NCBI RefSeq assembly: GCF_018350175.1
Contig: NC_058369.1
Span: 8,682,001 to 8,746,000, forward strand
Length of the DNA: 64,000 nt
Direction of reading: 5' to 3'
Source of the DNA: Felis catus
Taxonomy: Eukaryota
Shown one piece after another: positions 35,233 through 48,677 of the stretch. Each line of letters opens with the position of its first letter. Position 1 is the stretch's first letter. A program made the position numbers and the translations under genes. Under the pieces are notes generated by a model, which worked only from the letters and a program-made list of their open reading frames with translations, was not told where the DNA came from and searched no databases.

Positions 35233-37535
35233 CCTCATTTTTTGAAGGGCAGTGTCACTGGATATAGAATTCTCAATTGGCAGTCTTTTAAAAATTTTTT
35301 TTTCCCTTTCAGTTTATTTTTTTTTTCAACTTTTTTTTTAAATTTATTTTTGGGACAGAGAGAGACAGAGCATGAACAGGGGAGGGGCAGAGAGAGAGGG
35401 AGACACAGAATCGGAAACAGGCTCCAGGCTCTGAGCCATCAGCCCAGAGCCCAACGTGGGGCTCGAACTCACGGACCGCGAGATCGTGACCTGGCGGACC
35501 GCGAGATCACGAACCGCGAGATCGTGACCTGGCTGAAGTCGGACGCTTAACCGCCTGTGCCACCCAGGCCCCCCTCCCTTTCAGTTTAAATAGAACAGTC
35601 CACTACCTTCTGGTCTCCAAGATTTCCAGTGAGCAATCTGCGGGGGATCTTACTGTGACCCCTTGTATGTGACAAGTCACTTTCCCTTTGCTGCTTTCCA
35701 GATTCTCTCTTTGTCTTTTGACAATTTCAATATAATGTGCTTTGCTGTGTGTCTCTGAGTTTATCCTACTTGGGGTTAGCTGAGCTTCCTGGATTCAGAA
35801 AGCCATTTATTTGATCAAATTTGGGAAGTTTTCAGGTATTATTTCTTCAAAGATTCTTTCTGGCCTTCTCTCTCTTTTCTCCTGGGACTCCCAGGTATGT
35901 GTGTAGGTCTACTTAGCGTTGCCCAACAGATCCCTTAGGCTCTGTTCACTTTTCTTCATTCTATTTGCTTTCTACTGGGGAGAGGCAGAGAGAGAGGGAG
36001 GCACAGAATCCAAAGCAGGCTCCAGGCTCTGTGCTGACAGCTGGAACCCATGAACTGCGAGATCATGACCTGAGCTGAAGTCAGACACTTAACTGACTGA
36101 GCCACCCAGGCATCCCTATAATCCTTTGTTTAATCAAACAGCGAGTACGAGGAGGAAGGGGCAGAGGGAGAGAGAGAGAGAGAATCAGAAGCACACTCCA
36201 TGCACTGTCCACATGGAACCTGATGTGGGGCTCGATCTCATGAACTGAGATCATGACCTGAGCTGAAGGCAAGAGTCTGCCGCTTCACCGACTCAGCCAC
36301 TCAGGCGCCTCTGTCATTTCTCTTTATTGATATTCTCATTTTGTTTATACATCATTTCCCCATCTTTGCCCATGTTTTCCTTTTACTCTGTGGGCATATT
36401 TAAGATAGTTGTTTTATAGTGTTTCTCTAGTAAGTACAACATGTGAGTTTCCTCAGGAACGGTTTTTGCTCACTTTGTTTCTACGAATGGACCATAGTGT
36501 CCTGTTTCTTTGTCTGCCTTGTATTTTGTTGAAACCTGAAAATGGCACCTTATAATGTGGTAACTCTGGGAATTTGATTCTCACCAGGGCTTGTGCTTTT
36601 TTTTTTTTTTTTTTAAAGTTGTTGTAGGGTCTCTGTTCTGTAGATCAGCCTGAGGTAGAAAGTGTAGAACTTCACAGTCTTTCCCGAACCCGTGCTTTTT
36701 CCTTGAGCATTGTGCATTGGCTTTCTGAAGTCCCCCACGTATTTGGTTGCTTACGAGTATCATAATCCTCCAAAAGGAGAAAAGGAGGGGAAGAAACCCC
36801 AACAAGTGCTATTCCCTGAGATCTCCTGGAATCCATTTTCACTGATGGCGACTGAAACAACGGCAGTCAGCCTCGGTGTCTGTACTTCAGTGATCAAAAG
36901 CAGTAAGCAGCAATCAGAGCACAGAACCCACGTAATTAGAAGACAAGGTCCTTTGGCTCCCCCTCGGTTCCCCCAAGACACACGTGGAATATAGGCCACT
37001 TTCTCCAAAGCTGTCTGCCGGGGGGGGGGGGGGTGGTGAGCAATGGGTAGTCACTCTCCTGCTGCACTAGAGGCTGAAATTGACTGCAATTGACTGCAAT
37101 CTACCAGCCACAAGTTCGAAGCCTGGAAAGTTAAAAAAAAAAAAAAAATCTGGAACTGGAAGCCACAAGTTCAAAATGACTCCGTCGTTTCAAAATAGTT
37201 AACTGTAGGGGCGCCTGGGTGGCGCAGTCGGTTAAGCGTCCGACTTCAGCCAGGTCACGATCTCGCGGTCCGTGAGTTCGAGCCCCGCGTCGGGCTCTGG
37301 GCTGATGGCTCGGAGCCTGGAGCCTGTTTCCGATTCTGTGTCTCCCTCTCTCTCTGCCCCTCGCCCGTTCATGCTCTGTCTCTCTCTGTCCCAAAAATAA
37401 ATAAACGTTGAAAAAAATTAAAAAAAAAAATAGTTAACTGTAGACAATTTGTGTCAGTATAACTGTCCAGGTGGAAAAAAGAAAAGAAAAAAGATTTCTG
37501 CCTCCGTTGACTCCGCCGTCTTCTCTGACATCACT
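35233..37535 (-). mobile_element. Ancient L1M 5' portion (UTR/ORF1) interrupted by SINEs
   Basis: Antisense L1 motifs (caaatttgggaagttttcaggtattatttcttcaaa); young SINE inserts with TSDs at 35317-35574 and 37208-37426. Confidence 0.65.
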
Positions 37536-38589
37536 TCCCACACAGCTGCTTTTAGATGTCCTAAAATCTCAAAGAATCTCACTCTGGTCTCTCCTCCAGA
37601 ATTTAGGCAGTCTATGGTATGTCTAAATCTCCTCATCGCTTGCCCCCGGTGTTTGTGGGTCTTTAGAGTGCCAGGCAGCTTTTGGGAACAGTGCCTGCTG
37701 CCTTTGCCACTTGAGATTTGAGTTAGAGACGTGAGCGCCTGGCACCAGGCTTTCTCGCATCAGCCAAACAGGTTAGGACAGTCTCACACACGAATTCGTG
37801 AATAAGGTCTGCTCTGTTCCTGCAGTTCAAGGCCAGGCTCCCCAAATTGGGACACGAGCTGCTGATGCCGCCCAAAGGGAAGAGAGGCAGAATATAAGAG
37901 CCAGGAGAGGCAGACGCTACAATAGAGGGGGAAGAGGCTTCTGAGACACAGTCTTGGCCAACACGAAGGATCAAAGTCGCCTGTCATGAGATTGGCTTGG
38001 TAAAGGCAGGGTCTGTCTACTGAGCTCAAACCCCCCTGGCACCTGGGGCTGCTAAGGCAGGCATAAACTTTAGTGAGTTGGAGGTGAGATGATATAAAGA
38101 CCATCCACACTCCAGTCAGAAGTTACAGTAATAAGGAGAACTGAGTATAAAAATCATTGACCTGTTACTGAAGAACTGAAATACAGAGAGAAAACCCAAA
38201 GGTAGAGAGGAAGTAGCAACTCCAGGAATCATTCGCTTCTCTCTTGGGCTGGGGGATCAAGTGGAAGAAGATGAGGAAGGCTTATAAACTTGGAAGGGGT
38301 GTCCCTTGGGGCTGGAACCTAGAGTCCTGAGAAAGCCGTGTGGATGGACTTGTGCTAGTTTCTCTAAGTGCCTGACTGGGAGCCTCTGGAAAACGGAAAC
38401 AGGGGTTGCTGGGGCCCCGTTCCATCAACACACCAAACGGCCTAGAAGGATGGGACCAAAGCTGAGAGACAGTAGTTTAGTGAGTAACATGGTCGCCCAC
38501 CCTCCTTGAAGGATACAGTCCCCTGCCTTGGTGGCAGAGCACGGATTAGGTGCTGGTGAAAGTTTGTGTTACAAAGAAATTGTTCAGGG

Positions 38590-38900
38590 GAGGGTATTAT
38601 GCTGAGTGAAGTAAGTCAGGCAGAGAAAGACAGTTACCATATGTTTTCGCTCATATGTGGATCCTGAGAAACTTAACAGAAGACCAGGGGGGAGGGGAAG
38701 AGAAAAAAAAAAGTAACAGAGAGGGAGGGGGGCAAACCACAAGAGACTTAAATACTGAGAACAAACTGAGGGTGGATGGGGGGTGGGGGAGAGGGGAAAG
38801 TGGGTGACGGGCATTGAGGAGGGTACCTTTTGGGATGAGCACTGGGCGTTGTATGGAAACCAATCTGACAATAAATTATATTTAATATTAAAAAAAACCC
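38590..38900 (+). mobile_element. Carnivore L1 3' UTR fragment
   Basis: gagggtattatgctgagtgaagtaagtcaggcagagaaagacag...gggatgagcactgggcgttgtatggaaacc, then an A-rich tail. Confidence 0.85.
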
Positions 38901-40543
38901 AAAGCCCCCAAAACAAATAAATCGTTCAGTAAAAACTCACATGTGTGTTGTCTTTTATGAGAAGAACATTCATCTGATTTTTCTAGCCCCTTTTATTCCC
39001 CTGGTTAAAAGGTCCCTTCTCCTAAACCCGCAGGGCTACCCCCCCAACTTAGCCCCAGGATACCCCATGAGAGATGAGAGAAGGAGGTAGGCGTTGAGGC
39101 AAAGGGCTCAGAAATGTTTGTGAGTCCTGTGCCCCTGGGGCCAGTGCTTGCCACGTTCATCCCAGGTGGACACTCTGAAGACATGAGTTGCACCCTCACA
39201 GACCTAGATGGAGCCAAACCCAGGGCAGAGGTCTGCCCAAGGATGGAGACCAGCTCAGGAAGCTCAGGAGGTAAAGGGGTCATGGGAAAGAGAGGAAGAG
39301 GTATAATGGAGCAGAGAGTGGGTTTCCAGAGAGAGGAAGAACGGAGATCCAGAAGGAGAAATAGCAAGATCCTGAGGTATGGGGGAGCAGAAGACCAGAG
39401 TGGGAGGAATTATGGAGGACGGAAGAGCAGGATCCCAGCTGGGGAGAGTAGTAGAGGTGAGGAGAGTCACTGGGTTTCAGAGATAAACAGGATCTGGAAT
39501 AGGAAGAAGGTAACTGGAGGACATTTCAAAACATACTATAAAGCTATAGTAGGGCATCTGGGTGGATTAGTCGGTTGGGTGTCTGACTTTGGCTCAGGTC
39601 ATGATCTCACAGTTTGTGAGTTTGAGCCCCACATCAGGCTCCATGCTGACAGTGTGGAGCCTGCTTGGAATTCTCTCTCTTTCCTTCTCTCTCTGCCCCT
39701 CCCACCCCTCTCTCTCTCTCTAAAAATAAATACATAATTTTTTTAAAAAACCTACAGTAGCCAAGACAGTGTGGGACTGGCATAAGATTAGACATGGATC
39801 AGTGAGGAAGAATTGAGAGTCCCTACATTTTTGGTTAATTGATTTTACACCTATGGCCCTAGGCAATTCAATGGGAAAGTCTACTCAACATGGTACTTAC
39901 ATATCTTCCTGCAAAAAGATGGACTGAGACACCCCTACCTCACATCATATAGTAAAATTAACTCACACTGAGATGGTGAAAAGTAAAAATATAAAGTTAG
40001 CAGCAGATGCTGAAGAATGTTTTTGAGACTGAGTGGTAGGAAGATTTTGTTTTTGTTTTGTTTTGTTTTGTTTTGTTTTGTTTTTAAAGGAAGACTAAAA
40101 GGAAACCTCCTAATCCAAAAAGCACATGGTGATATGTGTTTTCCAGTCCCCAAACTCCCCATCAAAATGTGGTCTCAGGATTCCCCTCTAGTTTTCACCT
40201 ACAAGTGTCCTGGATTTGTTATATAGTTTTTCCTAAGAATAATTATTCCTGACTTTTTCCCCCATGATGGTAACAGGAAAGTTTATTTTTCCTGAAAGCT
40301 TCCATAAATATTTAAATCAAATGTTAATCAATTATTTAATTGCAGCAATCTTTAAAAACATACAAAAGCCATAAGTAAACACCTCCTACCACTTAGCTGG
40401 ATACACTGCCCTTCCTCTAAATTCCTCTCTGGGAACAAGTATACATGACATTATCCCCGGGGCAATTAATGTGAGGAGTGAGGGGAGGAGCATCTCATAG
40501 CACGGTATTTTATCCTTCAGGGATACAGTGTCTTCTGATATTA

Positions 40544-40588
<45 letters not shown>

Positions 40589-40829
40589 TTTCTAAGGGAA
40601 TAGGATCATTTATTCATTCATTATATTCAGTCATCTTGTCTTACCTTCCAAACATGCCCATCTGACTTGGCAGAAAATGCTACAGCTATTACACATGGAT
40701 TAAAGATGTTATTTTAACTAATGACCATGTGATGTTTTGACTCCTTTATTTTCCCCATGGATCCCAGCATCTAATTCATAATACTTTTATGTCTGGTACT
40801 TAATGATTCATAAAAACATGGGGAAACCC

Positions 40830-42910
40830 TAATCCAATCTCTGTCTTTTGGTTAAAGTATTTAACCCATTTACATGTAAAATAAATACTCATGAGGGACT
40901 TCTGTCAGTTTGCTATTTGTTTTCTATATGCCTTATATCTTTTTTTCTCATTCACTTTTGAAGATAGTTTTGCTGGATATAGGATTCTTGGTTGGCAGTT
41001 TTGTTTTATCATTTTGAATGTATCAGCCCACCTCCTGGCCTCCAAAGTTTCTGATGAGATATCTGCTAATAAATTTTTTAAAGATCCTTTGATTCACTTC
41101 TTTCTTGCTACTTTCAAAATTCTTTGTGTCATTGACTTTGACAGTTTGATTATAATGTGTCGTGGTGCGAGTCTCTTTGAGTTCATCTTACTTGGAGTCC
41201 ATTAAGCTTCTTGTATGTTTTTTATACTCATGTCTTTCATCAAATTTGGGAAGATGTTGGCCATTATTTATTCAAACATTCTTTCTTCCCCTTTTCTCTC
41301 TCTTTCTTCTTTTGGGCCTCCCACAATGCATATGTTGGTCCATTTGATGGTGCCCACAATTCCCTTAGGTTCTTCACTTTTTTCAATCTTATTTCTTTCT
41401 GTCCTTCAGAATCAATAATTTCCATTTTCTTATCTTCAAGCTTGCTGATTCTTTCTTCTGTCTGCTCAAATGGGCCTTTGAATCCGTCTAGTGAAATTTC
41501 ATTTCAGTTATTGTACTTTCCAGAATATCCATTCCCCATTAGGTTTATTTTTTCCCATTTTTATTGACATATAATGGACAAATACACATTGAAACCAGAC
41601 TTTTTTTTAATGTTTTCTATTTCTTATTGACATATTCACTTAGTTCATACATTTTCTTTATCCATATCTTCCTTCAGTTCTCTGAGGGAGAACAATTTAA
41701 ACAAAACAATTGTTTTAAAGTCTTTGTCTAGTAGATCTGCCCTAGGAGCAGTTTTTTTGGTTTATTTTTTCCTTTTAAATGACCATACTTTCTTATTTCT
41801 TTGTATGACCTGTGGCATCTTTGTTGAAATATGGACAATTGAATCTAAAAATGTAACTCTGAAAATGAGATTCTCCCCCTTCTCCAGGGTTCACTTTTAA
41901 AAATATTTCTGTAATTGAAGGGGTGTCCAGATGACTCAGTTGGTAGAGCACGCAAATCTTGATCTTGGAGTCATGAGTTCAAGCCCCACATTGGGGATTG
42001 AGCTTACTTAATAAAAAAATTAAAATTTTTCTGTTATTTTTGGGCACCAGTTGGTTAAGTGTCCAACTTTGGCTCAGGTCATGATATCACGGCTTGTGGG
42101 TTTGAGCCCTGCATTGGGCTCCATGCTGACAGCTCAGAGCCTGGAGCCTGCTTTGGATTCTGTGTCTCCCTCTCTCTCTGCCCCTCCCCTGCTCATGCTC
42201 TGCCTCTCTCTTAAAAATAAAGAAACATTAAAAATTAAAAGAAAATTTTTTGGGTTATTTTATTATTGTAGGCTGTCCCTGTGCCAAGACATGTAAACTT
42301 AAGATATTTTCTGAGCGTGTCCCTTTCCTCGGGCATGCACAGTGACTTTCTAATCTTCCCTGTATACATGGTTGATTTTTAATATTCTAGTCTGGTTTCC
42401 AAGAGAAGGAAAAAATGAAGGGGGACAAAAAGGCACCAACCTACTTTACATGGAAATGATTTCACATGTAGAGGGAAGGGCTTACACAAATGCAAAGAAT
42501 TAGAACAACAGCGGCCACTATCTCTGTGTCTGTACCTCTGTCATCAGAAGCAGCAATCAGCCATCAGAGCACAGATCCCTGATATTTGAAGAACAAGGTC
42601 CTTTTTGGCCACCCTTTCTCCCACAAGTTGTGTGCAAGCTGTTCTAGGAACCCATGCACAAACTACCGGCACCAGGCTCTGGGGCGGGGGGGAGGGGGGA
42701 GGGATGGGTGGCTGCTGCTGTACTAAGAACTGAAATTAGCTGTAGTTTACCTCAATTTACCTTCCAACCTTCCTCTGGAAGTTGCAAGCCTTCTATAGAC
42801 TCCAGAGTTCAAATACTTTTATCAGACAGATTTTGCCAGTGCAATTGTTGTCTAGGTAGGGAGACAGATTCCTGGTGCTTCCTAGTCTACCGTCTTCCCA
42901 GCATCCTCTG
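40830..42910 (-). mobile_element. Second ancient L1M 5' portion
   Basis: gatagttttgctggatataggattcttggttggcag, catcaaatttgggaag; colinear with 35233-37535. Confidence 0.65.
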
Positions 42911-43084
42911 CTTTTTGTATACTCATCAATCATACCAGGTCTCTTCCCTAACGTGAACTCCTCTGAGAGTGGCCTTCCTCCCACCTCAGTTCCTCCTGCT
43001 GCTTTCCAAGTGCGGATTTTTTTTTCATCAGAATTTTTAGAATCAGGGAAATCAAGGTTCACAGAGTTTATTGCTCTGTTTGTT

Positions 43085-43135
<51 letters not shown>

Positions 43136-43299
43136 TATATACACACATATTTTTTTCCTTTGAGTAATCTCGTGGGATTCAAACTTACAACCCTGAGATC
43201 AAGAGTCACATGCTCTATCAACTGAGCCACCAGGCACCCCAGGGTTATTGCTGTTTTTTAAGAAACCTCTTTTATTTTAATTTTTAAATGTTTATTTTT

Positions 43300-43333
<34 letters not shown>

Positions 43334-43972
43334 CAGAGCACGAGCAGGGGGAGGGCTGAAAGAGAGGGCGACACAGAATCCGAAGCAGGCTCCAGGCTCT
43401 GAGCCATCAGCACAGAGCCCGATGCGGGGCTTGAACTCACCAACCGCAAGATCATGACCTGAGCCAAAGTCGGACGCTTAACCAACTGAGCCACCCAGAT
43501 GCCCCTATTGCTTTTTAAAGAACTTATGAAAAATTAAATCGTGTAGATGAAACTAAGTTGAGCAGTGTTACTTTTACTTCTATTGACTGTATGCCCTCTA
43601 TAAAAGTCCTCCAGGAAACTGCTTAAACTATCTTCCAGAAATGGAAAGGCAGTGATGCTCCCTCTTGTGATGAGGGCAGCATTAATATCCACACACTCTT
43701 ATAGCAGATGATGGTCAGTTTACAATATTCTCTGTGTGTCCTCAATGAGCAGGTGGTATTATAGGTTAGGGAAAACAGAAACAAATAAAATGGATGTGGT
43801 GCTTACCCAAGATATCACAGTTTATCTGGGAAGACAATTTCAAGTTAATCATTTAAATTGAGGGAGGGGTGCTTGGCTGGCTCAAATTGGTAAAGCATGC
43901 GACTCTTGATCTCAGGGTCATGAGTTCAAGCCCCATATTGGGTGTATAGCTTACTTTAAAAAAATGAAATGA

Positions 43973-44274
43973 GGGGCGCCTGGGTGGCGCAGTCGGTTAA
44001 GCATCCGACTTCAGCCAGGTCACAATCTCGCGGTCCGTGAGTTCGAGCCCCGCGTCGGGCTCTGGGCTGATGGCTCAGAGCCTGGAGCCTGTTTCCGATT
44101 CTGTGTCTCCCTCTCTCTCTGCCCCTCCCCCGTTCATGCTCTGTCTCTCTCTGTCCCAAAAATAAATAAAAAACGTTGAAAAAAAAATGAAATGAAATGA
44201 ATGAAATGAAATGAAATGAAATGAATGAAATGAAATGAATGAAATGAAATGAAATGAATGAAATGAAATGAAAT
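43973..44274 (+). mobile_element. Young CAN-SINE followed by a (GAAAT)n array
   Basis: TSD AAAAAAATGAAATGA at 43958-43972 and 44181-44195; array continues to 44274. Confidence 0.9.
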
Positions 44275-44894
44275 AAAAGGAGGGAAATTAAAGAACCATA
44301 CTGGATTTAATCTGGAGCCAGTTAGATTGCCTGAAAGAGAAAGCTAATTATGCAATGCTTAGGATTTAGCTGCAGAAATGATTGGATTGATTAGTGGGGG
44401 GTGAGAGTCGAGTTTAGAGAGATTTTCAAATTGGACATGCGCTTCCTCAAGCACAGAACCTGGTGACAACCATGAACTGACGGAGGTCAGAGACCTCTGA
44501 AGCAGAGGGAAAAGTTCAAACTCAATTAGTTGTTTTGTACAGCGAGTTGCTAATGTGAAAAGGATCGTTTGTGGACACCTTTGTGGTCTCAAAGAAATAA
44601 CTATTTGCCAGTGTTTTTATCCATCAGCAGTACCTTAGAATTTTCCTTCTCTACCACGTGCAAAAATACAGGAGGCAAAGAGCGACTCTGCTGGTTTCTT
44701 ACCAAACAATGAGATTGAGGGCTCTTGTCCCACTGAAATGATCAGTTGGTATGAGGCAGTGAATGACTCCAGCAGGCTGTAACTGTGGTTGCCTTGGGGT
44801 CATTTTCTGGATAGCGTTTTGGTTTGGGCATGCGTAGAATTGCTAGAGTCAGACTGTGGTTTGTGTATATTAAGAAATGATGGGGGGGGGGGGG

Positions 44895-45454
44895 TTGCAC
44901 CTGGGTGGCTCAATCGGTTAAGCATCTGACTTTGGCTCAGGTCATGATCTCACGGTTCGTGGGTTCAGGCCCCGCATCGGGCTCTGTGCTGATGGCTCAG
45001 AGCCTGGAGCCGGCTTCGGATTCTGTGTCTCCCTCTCTCTCTGCCCCTCCCCGGCTCATGCTCTGTCTCTCTCTTTCTCTCAAAAATAAACATAACAACA
45101 ACAAAAAGAAATGATAGGGGCCCCTGAGTGGCTCAGTCAGTTACGCGACCGACTACTCTTGATTTCCACTCAGGCCCTGATCTCACAGTCCGTGAAATAA
45201 AGCCCCAGGTCAAGTTCTGTGCTGACAGAGTGGAGCCAGCTTGGGATTATCTCTCTCCTCCCTCTCTCTGCCCCTTCCCTGCTCGCACTCTGTTTCTCTC
45301 TTGCTCTCAAATAAGTACGTAAAGTTAAAAAAAATTCTATGGGTGGCTCAGTTGCTTGGGCATCTGACTCTTGATTTTGGCTCAGGCTGTGGTCCCAGGG
45401 TCGTGAGAATCAAGCCCTGCATCGGGCTCCGCAGTGAGAGTTGAGCCTGCTTAA

Positions 45455-45488
<34 letters not shown>

Positions 45489-45918
45489 CTCCTCCTCCTC
45501 CTCCTCCTCCCCTGCTCACATACGCTTGCACATGTGTGCACACTGTCTCTCAAATAAAAAAAAAAAATAGGGTGCCTGGGTGGCTCTGACTTCAGAGGCA
45601 TCTGACTTCAGCTCAGGTCATGATCTCATGGTTTGTGGGTTCGAGCCCCGCGTCGGGCTCTGTGCTGACAGCTCAGAGCCTGGAGCCTGCTTCAGATTTT
45701 GTGTCTCCCTCTCTCTCTGCCTCTCCCTCACACTCTGTTTCTCTCTCTCTCTCAAGAATAAATAAACATTAAAAAAAAAACTTAAAATTCTGTTAAGGTG
45801 AGACTGAGAGAAAGACTGGTTTAGATTATTCTGCCCCTCCCCTGCTTGCACTCTGTCTCGCTCTCTCTCAAAAATGAATAAACATTAAAAAAAAAAAAAA
45901 AGAAAAGAAAAAAAGAAA
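44895..45918 (+). mobile_element. Head-to-tail run of about five CAN-SINEs or fragments
   Basis: Successive heads at about 44895, 45117, 45340 and 45570, plus a tail fragment at about 45820. Confidence 0.88.
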
Positions 45919-46714
45919 GCCCTGCGTAACCAGGATAACTGATGGCTGGAATGATCCCATCCCACGCCCTCATTCCCACTCTTATATTTTCAATTCTCCA
46001 AAAAAGGAGTGAACCCGAGAAATCCTCACCTCCCTACCCTCAACACCCACCAAAGCAGAACCCCAGATCTGTTCTCTCTCTTTGTCTCTGAAACTTCCCC
46101 GCACGGCCCTTGGCATGCTGTGTATCCTCTAGCACTTGTCAGGAATAATAAGGCTTGTTTTTTCAAAAGTCTCTGACGGTTGCATTTTGTGATCGTCCTA
46201 AGAACCTCATGGGCTGGTAGTTTGGGAAATGGCTGCTGCTCCGGGGATGGGGTCGGGTTCCTGCCAGGGGTACAGGCCCGGGTGAGGGTCGCGTCCATAG
46301 GCCCAGGCTGACCCGCTCCGGGACTACATTTCAGCAGTCTCACTCCCAAGCTTGGCGACGCGTTTCACCTTCTGAATGTGCCTTTTCCTTGCGCGCTGTG
46401 GGCCAAGCAGGGCGCGTATCTGAGCCAGTTCAGATGTTTGCTTTTCTGCCCTTTTGATTCCTTTAGAGAATATTGCTGCCGGCCAGGACTCTTCCTTCCC
46501 CCTACTTCCACTGAGGTGCAAATGAGAAACGAAATGGTATATATTTAAGGCGTACAACAGGTTTTCATATAGGTACACGTTGTAAAAGGGTGACCACCAT
46601 CAAGCTAATGAACATACACATCACCTCACCTGGTTACCTGTGGGTGTGTGTGATGAGAACCCTTGAGATCTTCTCGCTTTGCAAATTTTAAGTATACAAC
46701 ACAATATTATTTTC

Positions 46715-47303
46715 TTTTATGTATTTTGAGGGGGGGGGGCAGAAAGAGGGAGAGACAGAATCCCAAGCAGGCTCCACGCGGTCAGCACAGAGCCCAGCTC
46801 AGGGCTCGATCTCACGAACCCGTGAGATCATGACCTGAGCCAAGATCAAGACTCGGTCGCTGAACCGACTGAGCCACCCAGGCGCCCCTATGATTAAAAA
46901 TAGTAACTGTATAGTGTCTATATATACTATTTCCTTCATTCAGACTTCGGCTCAGGTCATGATCTCACGGTCCGTGGGTTCGAGCCCCGCGTCCGGCTCT
47001 GCACTGGCAGCTCAGAGCCTGGAGCCTGTTTCAGATTCTGTGTCTCTCTCTCTCTCTCTCTCTGCCCCTCCCCTGCTCATGCTCTGTCTCTCTCTGTCGC
47101 AAAAATAAATAAAAACATTAAAAAAAATTGAGAGAGCACAAGTGGAGGAGGGGCAGAGAGAGAGGGAGACGCAGAATCCGAAGCAGGCTCCAGGCTCCGA
47201 GCTGTCAGCGCAGAGCCCGATGCGGGGCTCGAACTCACGAACCGTGAGATCATGACCTGAGCGGAAGTCCGACGCTCAACCGACTGAGTCACCCAGGTGC
47301 CCC
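46715..47303. mobile_element. Three CAN-SINEs (-, +, -), the last two abutting tail to tail
   Basis: 46715-46888 (-), about 46940-47126 (+), about 47127-47303 (-). Confidence 0.88.
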
Positions 47304-48173
47304 TTTCCTTTTTATTTTTGAAGCCTCATTATAATATCTCCTCTTTCTGGTTTTATTTGAGTCTTCTTTTTCTCTTAGCCTAGTTAAGGGTTTGTCATTT
47401 GTACTTTGTCAAAAATCCAACTCTTAGATTTGTTGACTTTTTCTACTCTTTCTCTGTGCTCTATTTCATTTGTTTCTCCTCTAATCTTTATTATTATTTT
47501 CTCCCTTTTGATAACTTTGGACGCAGTTTGTGCATTTTGTAGTTTCTTGAGGTGTAAGGTTAAATTATTTGAGATCTTTCTTTTTTGGTGTTGAATTTAT
47601 TGCTATAATTTTCCCTCTTACTGCTGCTTCTGCTGCATCACAGAAGTTTTGTTAGACTGTATTTCTGTTTTCATATGTCTTGATATATTTAGAAAATCAC
47701 TTTTTGATTTCCTCTTTGGCCCAATGGTTGTCCAAGAGTGTGGTGTCTAGTTTCTACATATTTATGAATTCTCTTGCTGTTAATTCATTTCTAGTTTTGG
47801 GGCGCCTGGGAGGCTCAGTCGGGTGGGCGTCCGAATTTGGCTCAGGTCATGATCTCGCGGTCTGTGAGTTCAAGCCCCGTGTCGGACTCTGTGCTGACTG
47901 CTCAGAGCCTGGAGCCTGTTTCTGATTCTGTGTCTCCCTCTCTCTCTGAACCTCCCCCATTCATGTTCTGTCTCTCTCTGTCTCAAAAAAAAAAAAAAAA
48001 CATAAAAAAAATTTTTTTTAATTCATTTCTAGTTTCATCACATCTCATACTGTGTGAAAGGATACTTGGGTGGTTTTTACCTTCTTGTTTTGTGACCTAA
48101 CCTGTGATCTATCCTGGAGAACGTTCTGTGCACGTTTGAGATGAATGTGTATTTTTCTGCTTTGGATGGAAAG

Positions 48174-48225
<52 letters not shown>

Positions 48226-48643
48226 TTGTGTGTGTGTAATCTGTTCCATTTGATTTATAGTATTGTTGAAGTTAGCTCTTTCTTTTTTATTTACTTTATT
48301 TTATTTATTTATTGTTTTAGAGAGAGAGAGAGAAAGTGATCGTGAGTGGGGGAGAGGGGCAGAGGGAGAGACAGAGAATCCCAAGTAGGCTCCACACTCA
48401 GTGCAGAGCCTGATGTGGGGCTCGATCCCACAACTTTGGGATCATGACCTGAGCTGAAATCAAAAGTTGGATGCTTAACCAACTGAGCCACCCAGACACC
48501 CCGGATTTGGGGATGTTAAACCAACCTTATATACCTGGAATAAAACCTACCTGGTCATGTTGTATAATTCTCTGTATATGTCTCTGAATTCAGTTTGCTT
48601 GTACTTTGTTGAGGACTTTGACACCCATATTTATAAGAAATTG

Positions 48644-48677
<34 letters not shown>

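Noticed and set aside
37600..38520. Possible processed pseudogene in unique-looking sequence
   Set aside because: No recognisable protein in any frame, and no poly(A) tail or TSD seen; needs BLAST or Dfam to settle
39114..39737. 207-aa ORF in purine-rich sequence
   Set aside because: Low-complexity G/E/R/S product that runs into L1 and SINE sequence; no splice structure identified
44280..44880. Non-repetitive-looking block as a possible exon or retroviral fragment
   Set aside because: No recognisable coding motif on either strand; left unassigned
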